NCBI GenBank assembly: GCA_029262475.1
Contig: JAJCZG010000119.1
Location: 3,378 to 67,377 of the forward strand
Origin: Deltaproteobacteria bacterium
GTDB taxonomy: Bacteria; Desulfobacterota; GWC2-55-46; JAJCZF01
Direction of reading: 5' to 3'
Length of the DNA: 64,000 bases
The position numbers and the translations under genes were made by a program. Shown here in pieces: positions 38,221 to 48,281 of the stretch. The notes beneath the pieces are model-generated. The model did not search any database. It was not told the origin of the DNA and saw only the letters and a program-made list of their open reading frames with translations. Each line of letters begins with the position of its first letter. Position 1 is the first letter of the stretch.

Positions 38221-40443
38221 ATGCATGATTTAAAGACTGAAATAACCGCCTTTCTGACGGATGAGGCCACGAGGCCTGTCTCAATAAAGGAACTTATACG
38301 CGCCTTCGGCGTGCCGAGGGACGAGCGCGACGCCTTTAAGAGCTTCGTTAAGTCAATGGTCGCGGACGGCACGCTCATGAAGATACAGGGAGGCCGGTAC
38401 GGCCTCCCCTCGAAGATGAACCTCATAAACGGGACGATCACCTGTAACCCGTCCGGCTTCGGCTTCGTAATCCCGGACGAGGGTGGGGACGACTTATTTA
38501 TCGACAGGCGCCGCCTGAAGGGGGCGATGCACGGCGATAAGGTAGTCGCAAGGGTCGAGCGGTTGAAACGCGACGGAAAGAAAGAGGGTTCCATCATACG
38601 TATAACCGACCGCGCGGTAAAGAGCCTCGTTGGGCGGTTTACCAGGAGCAAAGGGTTTTCACTCGTCATCCCCTCAAATGAGCGCATACTCGACGATATC
38701 ATTATACCTCCCCGCATGGCCGGAGGCGCAAAGGACGGCCAGATAGTCGTAGCCGAGATCACACGATGGCCAGCCGAAAGACAGGCCCCGTCGGGAAAGG
38801 TAACCGAGATACTCGGTGACCCGGACGACCCGGATGTCGAGATAGAAGTTCTTGTCCGTAAGTTCAACCTCCCGCTCCTCTTCCCCACTGACGTTCAAAA
38901 GGCCGCCGAAGCCGTTCCGGATACCGTAAGCGAGGCCGAGATAAAAGGCAGAACAGACCTGAGGGGAAAGACCCTCGTCACCATAGACGGCGAGACGGCC
39001 AAAGACTTCGACGACGCTGTCGGGGTTAAGAAGGACGACGACGGCTTCACGCTCTATGTCTCCATAGCCGACGTCAGCCACTACGTTACCCCCGGCTCCG
39101 CGCTCGACACCGAGGCATACGAGCGTTCGACGAGCGTCTACTTCCCCGACCGATGCGTGCCGATGCTCCCGGAAAGGCTCTCTAACGGAATATGCAGCCT
39201 GAACCCCAAAGTGGACCGCCTCACCATGACGGCAGAGCTCTCTTTTAACTCATCGGGTGAAGTGACGAAGAGGAAATTCTACAAGAGCATTATAAGAAGT
39301 AAAGAGCGCCTCACCTACACCGTCGTAAACCATATTCTTAACGGTGACGAGCTTGCAACGAAACGCTACTCGAATGTCGCACGCGATATACTCCTCATGG
39401 GTGAGCTTGCTACACTCCTCGCCGAGGGGAGGAAGAGAGAGGGCTCCATAGACTTCGATCTCCCGGAGCCACAGATAATAATCGATATCGAAGGGCAGAT
39501 TGAGGATATCGTCCGCTCGGAGAGGAACGCGGCGCACCGGCTAATTGAAGAGTTCATGCTAGCGGCCAATAAGGCCGTGGCGCTCGAGTTCTCGCGCCCC
39601 GAGCTCCCCTTCATATACAGGATACACGCCGAGCCGAATGCCGAGAAGATTACGGATTTCATGGAGTTCATAGCGGCCTTCGGATGCGTTGGCCCTCCGA
39701 GGAGTAAAGGCCCCGGCGGGCTGCACAAGTATTTTCAGGCAGTGCTTAAGGATTTCGAGGATAAGCCCGCTGAGAGGCTCGTAAACCACGTCCTCCTGCG
39801 CTCGATGCAGAAGGCCGAGTACTCCGCATCGAATACCGGTCACTTCGGCCTGGCCTTTACGGACTACACTCACTTTACCTCTCCCATAAGACGCTATCCG
39901 GACTTAATCGTCCACAGGCTCCTCACCAAATTCCTCACCAAAAAATACGACTCTAAACTTCAAGAAGAGTACGCTGCCCGGCTGCCGGTGGTCGCAACAC
40001 ACACCTCGGCGATGGAGAGGCGCGCCATGGAGGCGGAGCGCGAGATAACGGACTTAAAGAAGGCCCAGTTCATGAAGGACAAGGTCGGTAACACCTACGA
40101 CGGCTTCGTCTCAGGCGTAACGGGTTTCGGGGTCTTTGTTGAGCTTACCGAGTACTTCGTGGAGGGGCTCGTGCATATTACGACGCTCCTTGACGACTAC
40201 TATATCTTTATGGAGAAGGAACACTACCTTATAGGCGAGAATACAAAACGCGTCTTCCGTGTTGGCGACCCGGTTAAGATAGTTATAAAAAGCGTTGACC
40301 TGGCGCTCAGAAGGATAGAGATGGCCCTCGCTGAGGAAAAAAAGCCCTCAAAGAAACCGGGAGAGAAGAAGAGAGCTAATGGTGGATATAAGAAAAAAGC
40401 CTCAGCAGATAGAAAACGCGGCGGCAAGGGCAAAAGAAGATGA
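38221..40443 (+). CDS. rnr: Ribonuclease R
   Basis: TIDGETAKDFDDA, IEEFML, HFTSPIRRYPD, S1 domain, basic tail. Confidence 0.96.
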   Translation: MHDLKTEITAFLTDEATRPVSIKELIRAFGVPRDERDAFKSFVKSMVADGTLMKIQGGRYGLPSKMNLINGTITCNPSGFGFVIPDEGGDDLFIDRRRLKGAMHGDKVVARVERLKRDGKKEGSIIRITDRAVKSLVGRFTRSKGFSLVIPSNERILDDIIIPPRMAGGAKDGQIVVAEITRWPAERQAPSGKVTEILGDPDDPDVEIEVLVRKFNLPLLFPTDVQKAAEAVPDTVSEAEIKGRTDLRGKTLVTIDGETAKDFDDAVGVKKDDDGFTLYVSIADVSHYVTPGSALDTEAYERSTSVYFPDRCVPMLPERLSNGICSLNPKVDRLTMTAELSFNSSGEVTKRKFYKSIIRSKERLTYTVVNHILNGDELATKRYSNVARDILLMGELATLLAEGRKREGSIDFDLPEPQIIIDIEGQIEDIVRSERNAAHRLIEEFMLAANKAVALEFSRPELPFIYRIHAEPNAEKITDFMEFIAAFGCVGPPRSKGPGGLHKYFQAVLKDFEDKPAERLVNHVLLRSMQKAEYSASNTGHFGLAFTDYTHFTSPIRRYPDLIVHRLLTKFLTKKYDSKLQEEYAARLPVVATHTSAMERRAMEAEREITDLKKAQFMKDKVGNTYDGFVSGVTGFGVFVELTEYFVEGLVHITTLLDDYYIFMEKEHYLIGENTKRVFRVGDPVKIVIKSVDLALRRIEMALAEEKKPSKKPGEKKRANGGYKKKASADRKRGGKGKRR

Positions 40444-42122
40444 ATGTCATTAAACTCCATATGGGGCTACGCAATATCAAGAGGCTCAGGTTTATTACCT
40501 CGACACTGGTAAAGCACGGCTTCTACCCCCTTCTTGACGCCATAGGACTAAGTAAACTCATAAAGGTCAGCGACAGGCTCAGCGGGGGCAAGCGTTATGA
40601 AAGCGAAGAGTACTCGCCTCAGGTTCGCCTAAGGCTCGCCTTCGAGGAGCTCGGGCCGACTTTCATAAAACTTGGGCAGATACTCTCGACCAGACCTGAT
40701 ATCATCCCCGAAGAGTTCATCTCGGAGCTGTTGAAGCTACAAGACGAGGTGCCGCGCCTTCCGTACGAAGAGATAAAAGAGGCGATAGAGACGGAGTTCA
40801 AAAGACCGGTAAGTGAGCTCTTTATATCCATCGACCGCGAGCCGATAGCCGCGGCAAGCATAGCGCAGGTGCACGGTGCAATAACGCCGGACGGAAAAAA
40901 GGCCGTTGTAAAGGTCAGAAGGCCCGGCATAGAGAGGATACTGGAGACGGATGTCTCCATCGTAAAATATCTCGCCTCGCTCATAGAACGCTACATTCCG
41001 GAGAGCCGCATCTACGACCCGACGGGGATTGCCGACGACTTCGCCATATTCATGAAGAAAGAGCTCGACTTTACGCTGGAAGCGAGCCACTCGGAAAAGT
41101 TCAGAAGTAACTTCAGAGACGACCCCTGCGTAAAGATACCGAAGGTATACTGGGAACTCTCTAGGAAGAGCGTGCTGACGATGGAGAGAATCGACGGCAC
41201 CAAGATCGACAACATCAAGGCCCTTAAAGAGAAGGGCATCGATACGGAGAAGACAGCGAGACTTCTGGCGGAGATATTTTTCAGACAAGTCTTTGAACAA
41301 AACCTCTTCCACGGAGACCTCCACTCCGGAAATATCTTCGTCATCAGTGAAAAGACACTTGGCTTCGTGGACTTCGGACTCGTCGGGTGGGTCGACAGGG
41401 AGATGCAGGATAACCTCGCCGATATACTGATAGGGCTAATAAAGGAGGATTTTGACGCCCTTACCAAGACCTACCTGAAGATGGGCATGCTGCCGGATGA
41501 TATCGACGTGGCCGAATTTAAACGCGAGCACACGGATATGCTCCAGCACTACCTTGGGCGCCCCTTCAAGGAGGTAAATATCGGCGACCTCTTCCTCGAC
41601 TACATAAAGCTTGCGAGCAGGCACAAGGTGAGGCTCCCGAGGGAGCTTATACTTCTCGATAAGTGCCTCCTTGAGCTCGAAGGGCTAATAAAGGTACTGC
41701 ATCCGGGCATGAACCTCATTCAGGAGGCCGAGCCGTACGCAAAGAAACTTGTAATGAGACGCCTTAACCCGGCCAGGTTTGCAAAAGAAGGTTTAGAGAC
41801 CTTCTCCGAGCTAACGGAGCTCTTAAAGGAGCTCCCGAGGCAGACTAACCTTATAATAAGAAAGCTTTTGACGGACAAGCTCACCTTTGAGATGAACCAC
41901 CGGGGGCTTGAAGAGCTTACGGGCGAGATAGACAGGGGCTCCAACAGGCTTACCTTCGCCCTTATACTCGCGGCCCTTATCGTTGGCTCTTCTCTCGTGA
42001 TTGCCTTTAAGGCCCCGCCGCTCGTCTACGGATACCCCCTCCTCGGCATCCTCGGCTTTGGCATCTCCGGCTTCCTTGGCGTCTGGCTCGCGTTCCTTAT
42101 ACTTAAATCAGGGAAGTACTGA
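40440..42122 (+). CDS. ubiB: ABC1/AarF/UbiB-family kinase
   Basis: LGPTFIKLGQ, AAASIAQVH, VKV, FHGDLHSGN, DFG; two C-terminal TMs. Confidence 0.88.
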   Translation: MNVIKLHMGLRNIKRLRFITSTLVKHGFYPLLDAIGLSKLIKVSDRLSGGKRYESEEYSPQVRLRLAFEELGPTFIKLGQILSTRPDIIPEEFISELLKLQDEVPRLPYEEIKEAIETEFKRPVSELFISIDREPIAAASIAQVHGAITPDGKKAVVKVRRPGIERILETDVSIVKYLASLIERYIPESRIYDPTGIADDFAIFMKKELDFTLEASHSEKFRSNFRDDPCVKIPKVYWELSRKSVLTMERIDGTKIDNIKALKEKGIDTEKTARLLAEIFFRQVFEQNLFHGDLHSGNIFVISEKTLGFVDFGLVGWVDREMQDNLADILIGLIKEDFDALTKTYLKMGMLPDDIDVAEFKREHTDMLQHYLGRPFKEVNIGDLFLDYIKLASRHKVRLPRELILLDKCLLELEGLIKVLHPGMNLIQEAEPYAKKLVMRRLNPARFAKEGLETFSELTELLKELPRQTNLIIRKLLTDKLTFEMNHRGLEELTGEIDRGSNRLTFALILAALIVGSSLVIAFKAPPLVYGYPLLGILGFGISGFLGVWLAFLILKSGKY

Positions 42123-42197
42123 GAATCTGTAAATTTTATTTAACGGCCACGGCGCTGAGAGTATTGATTGAACCGGTCATCATGTTGCATGGTATGA

Positions 42198-42226
42198 TTG
42201 ACGTTTATTTCACGGCGTCTTATCTT
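42198..42226 (+). promoter_or_regulatory. sigma70-type promoter of ribF-aroE-lpxH
   Basis: TTGACG-17 nt-TATCTT. Confidence 0.5.
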
Positions 42227-42245
42227 TAAAATGAATTAAAGGTAT

Positions 42246-43166
42246 ATGAAGATACTTGAGAACGGAAAGATAACTTCCATCACCGGCTCGGTCGTAACAC
42301 TCGGGAACTTCGACGGACTCCACCTCGGGCACAGGCGGATACTTAAGAAGGTTATAAGGAGATCGGCTGAGCTAGGCCTTCCGTCTCTCCTCTATACCTT
42401 CGACCCGCACCCGCTGAAGGTAATACGCCCGGACAAAAGCCCGCAGCTCATTACGACGCGCGAAGACAAAGCCTCACTTATTGAAGCGGCTGGGATAGAG
42501 TACCTTGTATTTGCCCGCTTCACGGCAGATTTCGCCTCAAAGCACCCGCGAGAGTTCGCCGAAGAGGTATTAGCGGGCGAGCTCTCGGCCAGAGAGGTGA
42601 TAGTCGGCCACGACTACGCCTTCGGCAGAGAAAAGCGCGGCACCATAGAGCACCTAAAGGAGCTCGGCGAGAGCCTTGGTTTTACTGTATCTGTCGTAGA
42701 CGCCTACCGGAAAGGCGGGGGCGTGGTATCGAGCTCCAGAATACGGGAGCTTGTGGCAAGGGGCGCTCTAAGGGAGGCGGCGGGGCTCCTCGGGAGGGAT
42801 TTCACGCTTAGCGGGACGGTTATCAGAGGCAGTGACATTGGCGCTAAGATCGGCTTTCCGACCGCGAACATCGAGACCGGGAACGAACTGATACCGGCTA
42901 CCGGTGTATATGCTGTTTATGTTACAATCGAAGGGACTATGCACAGGGGTGTAGCCAATATTGGCATCTCGCCGACCTTTAAAGATAAAAAATTCACTAT
43001 AGAGGCCCATATATTTGGCTTTAATGGCGACATATATGGCAGTACCATTACCCTCTCCTTCATAAGGCGGCTTCGCGGAGAAAGGAAGTTCCGCTCCGTA
43101 GAGGCCCTTGTAGACAGGATAAGGTTTGATATAATACGCGCCGAAGCAATACTAGGAAAAAGATAA
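42246..43166 (+). CDS. ribF: Bifunctional riboflavin kinase/FAD synthetase
   Basis: GNFDGLHLGH, VSSSRIR, GFPTAN, IEAH. Confidence 0.96.
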   Translation: MKILENGKITSITGSVVTLGNFDGLHLGHRRILKKVIRRSAELGLPSLLYTFDPHPLKVIRPDKSPQLITTREDKASLIEAAGIEYLVFARFTADFASKHPREFAEEVLAGELSAREVIVGHDYAFGREKRGTIEHLKELGESLGFTVSVVDAYRKGGGVVSSSRIRELVARGALREAAGLLGRDFTLSGTVIRGSDIGAKIGFPTANIETGNELIPATGVYAVYVTIEGTMHRGVANIGISPTFKDKKFTIEAHIFGFNGDIYGSTITLSFIRRLRGERKFRSVEALVDRIRFDIIRAEAILGKR

Positions 43167-43179
43167 GGAGTTTTTACAT

Positions 43180-44052
43180 ATGATCGACTCGGAGACAAAA
43201 GTGCTTGGAATATTCGGCGACCCGATAGGGCACACCCTTTCGCCGATTATACAGAATGCCGCTATAAAAGAGCTGGGGCTAAAGATGGTCTACGTCCCGT
43301 TCCACGTTACACCCGGTAACCTGAAAGACGCCGTCGCCTCAATAAAGGCCCTTGGCATGCCCGGGGTTAATATTACCATCCCGCATAAGGAACGCGTCAT
43401 GGAATTCCTGGACGCTACGACCGACGAAGCAAGGAAGATAGGCGCGGTAAATACTATCGTCAACCGGGACGGACACCTCACCGGTCACAATACCGACGGC
43501 GCAGGCTATATAACCAGCCTCAAGGCGGAGACGGGCTTTGAGTGCAGTGGTAAAAATATCGTCATCCTCGGAGCCGGGGGTGCTGCACGCGGGATAATGG
43601 CCGCTATACTGGCCGAAGCTCCCGCCTCCGTCACGCTGGTAAACAGGACAGTCGATAGGGCCGACTCTCTCGCCGAAGACCTGGGCTCGGAGTGCGCGGA
43701 GGTTAAGATCCATACCGTACCACTCGAAAAGGGACCGCTCCAGCCCCGTATCGAAGCTGCAGATCTACTTATAAACTCAACTAGCGTCGGCATGGGCGGC
43801 AAAGTCCCTTTTAACCCGCTTGTTCTCTCCCTTGATAAGCTGCCCTCGGAGGCGATAGTCTCTGATATAGTATATAAACCACTTAACACTGCGCTCCTGC
43901 GCTCTGCAAAGATGACGGGGCACACGGTACACAAGGGGCTCGGGATGCTTATACATCAGGGCGCTCTCGGCTTTGAACTGTGGACCGGGGAGAAGGCACC
44001 TGTGGAGACGATGCGCAAGGCCGCCTTAAAAGCCCTCGATATAACAGAATAA
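43180..44052 (+). CDS. aroE: Shikimate dehydrogenase
   Basis: HTLSP, NITIPHK, GAVNT, NTD, GAGGAA, MLIHQG. Confidence 0.96.
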   Translation: MIDSETKVLGIFGDPIGHTLSPIIQNAAIKELGLKMVYVPFHVTPGNLKDAVASIKALGMPGVNITIPHKERVMEFLDATTDEARKIGAVNTIVNRDGHLTGHNTDGAGYITSLKAETGFECSGKNIVILGAGGAARGIMAAILAEAPASVTLVNRTVDRADSLAEDLGSECAEVKIHTVPLEKGPLQPRIEAADLLINSTSVGMGGKVPFNPLVLSLDKLPSEAIVSDIVYKPLNTALLRSAKMTGHTVHKGLGMLIHQGALGFELWTGEKAPVETMRKAALKALDITE

Positions 44053-44067
44053 CGGAAAAACGAAAAA

Positions 44068-44778
44068 ATGAAGATAATCTTTATAGGCGACGCGCACATT
44101 AATGGGCTCGGCGACCCGGGCATGGCACCACTGTGCTCCTTTATAGACTCTCTCTGGCCGATTAACACCCTCGTCATAATGGGCGATCTCTTCGACGTAT
44201 GGACCGGAACCAATAAGGTCACAATGCACGAGTACGGACCACTCTTACAAAGGCTCAGGGTCTTAAAATGCAAGGGGACGCGGATCATCTACCTCGAAGG
44301 CAACCACGACTTCTCCATGGGGCATTTCTTTACGGGAGACCTAATGGCAGATGTTTACCCGGAGAACCATACCCTTGAGATAGACGGCAAGAAGTTATAC
44401 CTCTCGCACGGAGACACCGTCCGCATGAGCGCTAGTGATAAACTCTGGCGCGCTTTTCTCAGGAGCGCCCTCTTTACTATCATCTCAAAACTCCTCGGAC
44501 CGAGGAAGGTCTGGCAGATAGCCAAAAAGCTCTCGAATAAGAGCCGCTACTACGGCGCAAAGAAAGAGGTAGAATCCGCAATAAAGGAGTTTGCAACGAA
44601 GAAACTTATGGACGGGTACGATGGGGTAGTATTCGGTCACTCGCACGTAGGCGGCGTCCTGGAAGAGGCCACAGGCCCCGGCACCGGCTTTTACGCCAAC
44701 CCCGGCGGGTGGGTAAACGAGAGGAGCTATCTAATCTACGAAGAGGGTAAGCTTAGAATGGAAAAGTTCGACGGCTAG
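44068..44778 (+). CDS. lpxH: UDP-2,3-diacylglucosamine diphosphatase
   Basis: GDAH, GDLFD, EGNHDF, HGD, FGHSH. Confidence 0.8.
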   Translation: MKIIFIGDAHINGLGDPGMAPLCSFIDSLWPINTLVIMGDLFDVWTGTNKVTMHEYGPLLQRLRVLKCKGTRIIYLEGNHDFSMGHFFTGDLMADVYPENHTLEIDGKKLYLSHGDTVRMSASDKLWRAFLRSALFTIISKLLGPRKVWQIAKKLSNKSRYYGAKKEVESAIKEFATKKLMDGYDGVVFGHSHVGGVLEEATGPGTGFYANPGGWVNERSYLIYEEGKLRMEKFDG

Positions 44779-45737
44779 TCGGTCTTCCGAGGCTCCGGTG
44801 GCTCGAAAATTTCGTCTGCTTCGTCTTCACCGGCACCGGACTCGATAACCCGTGTACCGGCTAGCGTATCTCCGATACGGGTCGAGTCGCTCGCCTTATA
44901 GAGCAGCGATGCCTCGTAGGCGACTACGGCAAGGGCCACCACAAAGACGATTAATTTCCCGAAGTACGGTATCCATCCGAGCAGGTAGAATGCCGCCACC
45001 AGTATCCCGAAGATAGAATTTCTAAGAATCGAATCCCTGAAGTCGCACGCTTCTTTGACCATTATTGTGCTCACGACCCTTAGCCCGCCTGCTGCCCTCT
45101 TACCGGGGCTTCCCCCGCTTATGCCGTCTGCCAGGCAAATATAGGCTACCGCCGCTACGGGGCCAACAACTCCCGGCACCTGATAGAGGATGGCGGCGAT
45201 GAGAAAGTCTATAAGTTTAGCGGAGAAACGCTTTGTTACGCGCCTTATGAGCTCCTCCGGGGCTTCAAGGTTTCCCGTATCCCCCGGGTCCGGTTCTTCT
45301 TCCGCGTCACCCGGGTCGGGAGTTGTCTCTTCTGCTTCGCTATCGTCACCTGAAGCACCGGCTTCGTTCTCTTCAGTTGAACTTCCGCCGTAGAGTGAGA
45401 GGATATCGTGTGGCACGCCACCCTCTTCGGCGCACGATTCATCACCGGCGACGTCAGGGTCGCTACTGCTGCCCGCGCCTCTGGATTCCGGCGAAGAAGC
45501 TTGCTCTTCCTCGGGCTCTTCTTTCACGAGAATATCATATTCGGTATCTGAAAAGTCTACTGGTATTTCGTGAGGTGGGGTTATATCGTCAAGAGGATGG
45601 TAGACCCCGGAGTGGCCGCCGGTCTCACTGTCACCGGGCAGTGCGCCTCCTCTCACCTCGCCGGAGGCGGGTTTTTTAGAGGGGGTCTCTACCTCTTTAG
45701 TAGGATCTTGTTTTTCTTTTTCGCCGGAGATAGTCAC
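44775..45737 (-). CDS. RDD-family membrane protein with long acidic N-terminus
   Basis: KRFSAKLIDF, SPGKR, RIGD..AGTRV; GTG 45737 overlaps upstream TAG. Confidence 0.75.
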   Translation of the reverse strand: MTISGEKEKQDPTKEVETPSKKPASGEVRGGALPGDSETGGHSGVYHPLDDITPPHEIPVDFSDTEYDILVKEEPEEEQASSPESRGAGSSSDPDVAGDESCAEEGGVPHDILSLYGGSSTEENEAGASGDDSEAEETTPDPGDAEEEPDPGDTGNLEAPEELIRRVTKRFSAKLIDFLIAAILYQVPGVVGPVAAVAYICLADGISGGSPGKRAAGGLRVVSTIMVKEACDFRDSILRNSIFGILVAAFYLLGWIPYFGKLIVFVVALAVVAYEASLLYKASDSTRIGDTLAGTRVIESGAGEDEADEIFEPPEPRKTD

Positions 45738-45922
45738 TAGCCGCCGTCTTCTTCGCCGTTTCTTGTAAAGATGATAAAGGCCATGGATGGACGCTTTGAG
45801 GAGTCCCTCATGGCGAAGGTCATACCATCGTAGGTCCATCCCTCGCGTACCCGGGTATTAATGGCCCGCTCGATATCCTCGTCGGTTACGGTGCTGAGCT
45901 CTACTACTTTATATTCTATCAT
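45737..45922 (-). CDS. DUF4177-like small protein
   Basis: EYKVVE...IN...EGW...FIIFTR. Confidence 0.75.
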   Translation of the reverse strand: MIEYKVVELSTVTDEDIERAINTRVREGWTYDGMTFAMRDSSKRPSMAFIIFTRNGEEDGG

Positions 45923-45983
45923 AAGCTGGTAATTCCCCCTCCGGCCATAGTCGCCACGCGACCGGAGAGGGAAGAGGTTTCAC

Positions 45984-46901
45984 CTAGTCCTTCTTATCTT
46001 CCTCGACACTGCTCTGCCATATGGCCCTGCCAACGAAGAAGGGTCCCATCTCTTCAATATAGGTCGAGGTCTGCTTTGTGGAACGCATCCTCTGAACGAG
46101 CGCTGAGAGAGGGAAGAGTTCCTTCCCGATAAGACCTATCACGAAGTCGTTGTCATTTTGATCGAGCCCGTTACTGATAAGCCTTATGTCGCGCCCCAGA
46201 CCCTCACTGCCGAAAGCGCGGCCAATCATGCCGTGCTCCATAAGTATCTCGCCCTGCTCTCTTGGCGGGAGCATTGCAAAAGAGCCTTTTCTCCTAAGCG
46301 GATACCAGACGGCCCACTTCATCTCCGGGTCCATTGTAACCCTGGGGGTACGGTCTATTAGCCAGTCCTTCAGGTTCTGCTCGTGTCCGATGGCGTATGT
46401 GCGGCCAAGCATGGTATACTCGTGCCTTTGCGTAAGGTTTTGGAAAGATGCCTTCTTAAGAAAACGCCTGAGATCGTTTACAAAGAAATCAGGGTCCTCG
46501 CTCATGGTGAGGAGTCCGATTCCGTTTGGATTATTTATGTCGCGGTAGAGCACCGATCCAAAGTTGGCATCTTCTTTAAGTTCATTAACAAGCACACTGG
46601 TATTCGGCGAATTGTCGAATACCAGGAGCTGGACGAATATCCTTCTGTCGAGCACTTGGCGCTTGCCGTCTATAGGGGCACCCTTCTCACTTAAATCTAC
46701 GGAGATATTCTGACCCGCACTACCCGGCCCGCCGGGAATGCCTGCGGGGTGTCCACCGCCCGGTTTAGCCCCAGGTCCACCAGGAATTCCCGCAGGATGT
46801 CCGCCGCCGGTTTTAGGTATTCCCGCGGGGTGTCCGCCGCCAGGTTTAGCGCCGGTTTTAGGTATCCCTGCCGGGTGTCCGCCTTCTTTCTTATCTGTCA
46901 T
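45984..46901 (-). CDS. Chlorite dismutase/coproheme decarboxylase (ChdC/HemQ) family protein with N-terminal repeats
   Basis: WYPLRR, EHGMIG (proximal His), GLDQNDNDFVIG, MR...GPFFVG; in heme operon. Confidence 0.8.
   Translation of the reverse strand: MTDKKEGGHPAGIPKTGAKPGGGHPAGIPKTGGGHPAGIPGGPGAKPGGGHPAGIPGGPGSAGQNISVDLSEKGAPIDGKRQVLDRRIFVQLLVFDNSPNTSVLVNELKEDANFGSVLYRDINNPNGIGLLTMSEDPDFFVNDLRRFLKKASFQNLTQRHEYTMLGRTYAIGHEQNLKDWLIDRTPRVTMDPEMKWAVWYPLRRKGSFAMLPPREQGEILMEHGMIGRAFGSEGLGRDIRLISNGLDQNDNDFVIGLIGKELFPLSALVQRMRSTKQTSTYIEEMGPFFVGRAIWQSSVEEDKKD
46722..46883 (-). repeat. Four GGHPAGIP peptide repeats
   Basis: Identical peptide, synonymous differences among the DNA copies. Confidence 0.9.
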
Positions 46902-46918
46902 TATCCTTCTCCAGCAAT

Positions 46919-48199
46919 CTAGCCTTTTCCGGCCAGCCGCTTTGCCTTCTTAGCTTCATTTGCCGCTTTAGCGACGTCACTCGGCTGATAGGTACAGAAC
47001 GGCTCTTCATCCATATAGTTTTCAGTGAACGCATAGGCCCTAGCCCTGCATCCGCCGCACGAACTCTTATATTCGCAGTAACCGCACCTGCCGTTATAGT
47101 CGTCCCAGGCGCGCATCTCTTTAAAGACACTCGATGTCTGCCAGATCTTACTAAACGGTTCCTCCCTTATGTCGCCGCAAGGGACGTCAAGGAAGCCGCA
47201 TATCTGTACCACTCCCCTGTGGCCGACGAAGGCAAAGGATTGTCCGCCCATACAGCCCTTGCTCATGGCGTCCAGGCCGTGGGTCTGGGGAGTTACTTTT
47301 ATGCCCTTCTCCTTCTCCTTCTGTCTAAATATTCTATAGTAGTGAGGAGCGCAGGTGGGTTTAAACTGGATCGGAGACTTGTCGCGCATCTCGTAGAACC
47401 AGGTAAGTGTCTTTTCGTAATCCTCGGGGCTTATCTCCTGATCCTTCAGGTTAGCGCCCCTTCCGGTTGGCACGAGGAGGAAGGGGTGATAGGCCTTTGC
47501 GCCGAGCTTTACCACGAGGTCCAGAAGCTCCGGAAGCTCGTGGAGGTTGTGCTTGGTAATGGTGGTATTGACCTGGAAATCAAGGCCGACCTTGTTGGCG
47601 TTATCGATTGCCTTCATGACACTTGCGTAAGCGCCCTTTACGCGCCTGAAATTATCGTGGCTCTCTTCGGTAAGACCGTCGATGGAAAAGCTTACCCTCT
47701 GGATGCCTACGTCTATCATCCTCTGAGCCGTCTCCTCGGTTACGAGGAAGCCGCAAGGGGCCATGACCATCCTCAGCCCGAGATCGGTGCCCCTCTGGGC
47801 GATATCCCAGATGTCGTCGCGGAGCATCGGCTCGCCGCCGGTCATAATCATGATGGGCTTGGCAAAGGAAGCAACATCCTCCATAAAGGTCATACACTCT
47901 TCAGTGTTAAGCTCGTTCGGGTACGGTCCGAAGCGCGCAGCGGCCCGGCAGTGAACGCAGTCGAGGTTACAGCTACGTGTGAGCTCCCAGGCAATAAGCC
48001 TCGGCGTCCAAATCTTTTCTCCCGGCTTCTCACCGGGTCTTCCGCCCGGATGGGCCATCGGGTCGCCCGTGCCGGGATGATTTACCGGATGGTCGCCCGG
48101 ATCTCCTGCTCTCTCTTCCATATCTTCTCCGGCGCCAGGATGGCCGCCCTCTATCATCGGGCCGCTACCTGGGTGCCCAGTTGGTGTATTTCCACTCAT
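46919..48199 (-). CDS. ahbD: Heme b synthase (radical SAM coproheme decarboxylase)
   Basis: RLIAWELTRSCNLDCVHCRA, LVPTGRG, KPTCAPHYYR, GCMGG, SPASM cysteines CGGCRARAY. Confidence 0.9.
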   Translation of the reverse strand: MSGNTPTGHPGSGPMIEGGHPGAGEDMEERAGDPGDHPVNHPGTGDPMAHPGGRPGEKPGEKIWTPRLIAWELTRSCNLDCVHCRAAARFGPYPNELNTEECMTFMEDVASFAKPIMIMTGGEPMLRDDIWDIAQRGTDLGLRMVMAPCGFLVTEETAQRMIDVGIQRVSFSIDGLTEESHDNFRRVKGAYASVMKAIDNANKVGLDFQVNTTITKHNLHELPELLDLVVKLGAKAYHPFLLVPTGRGANLKDQEISPEDYEKTLTWFYEMRDKSPIQFKPTCAPHYYRIFRQKEKEKGIKVTPQTHGLDAMSKGCMGGQSFAFVGHRGVVQICGFLDVPCGDIREEPFSKIWQTSSVFKEMRAWDDYNGRCGYCEYKSSCGGCRARAYAFTENYMDEEPFCTYQPSDVAKAANEAKKAKRLAGKG

Positions 48200-48281
48200 A
48201 ATCGTTTCTCCTTAGAAAATAGTTCGTGAAGCACTTGCCCGAAGCCCCGGCCTCTTCAAGAGACGCCTTACCAAAAAGGCT

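Noticed and set aside
45738-45839. Poly-Arg N-terminal extension of the RDD ORF in the track
   Set aside because: Overlaps DUF4177 in another frame; GTG at 45737 is the better start
46722-46883. Repeats considered as a CRISPR-like or non-coding array
   Set aside because: In-frame peptide repeats with synonymous variation, no unique spacers and no cas genes
47219-48229. 336-aa plus-strand ORF (and similar long antisense ORFs such as 27842-28600 and 49581-50390)
   Set aside because: Antisense to clear conserved genes; no recognisable motifs
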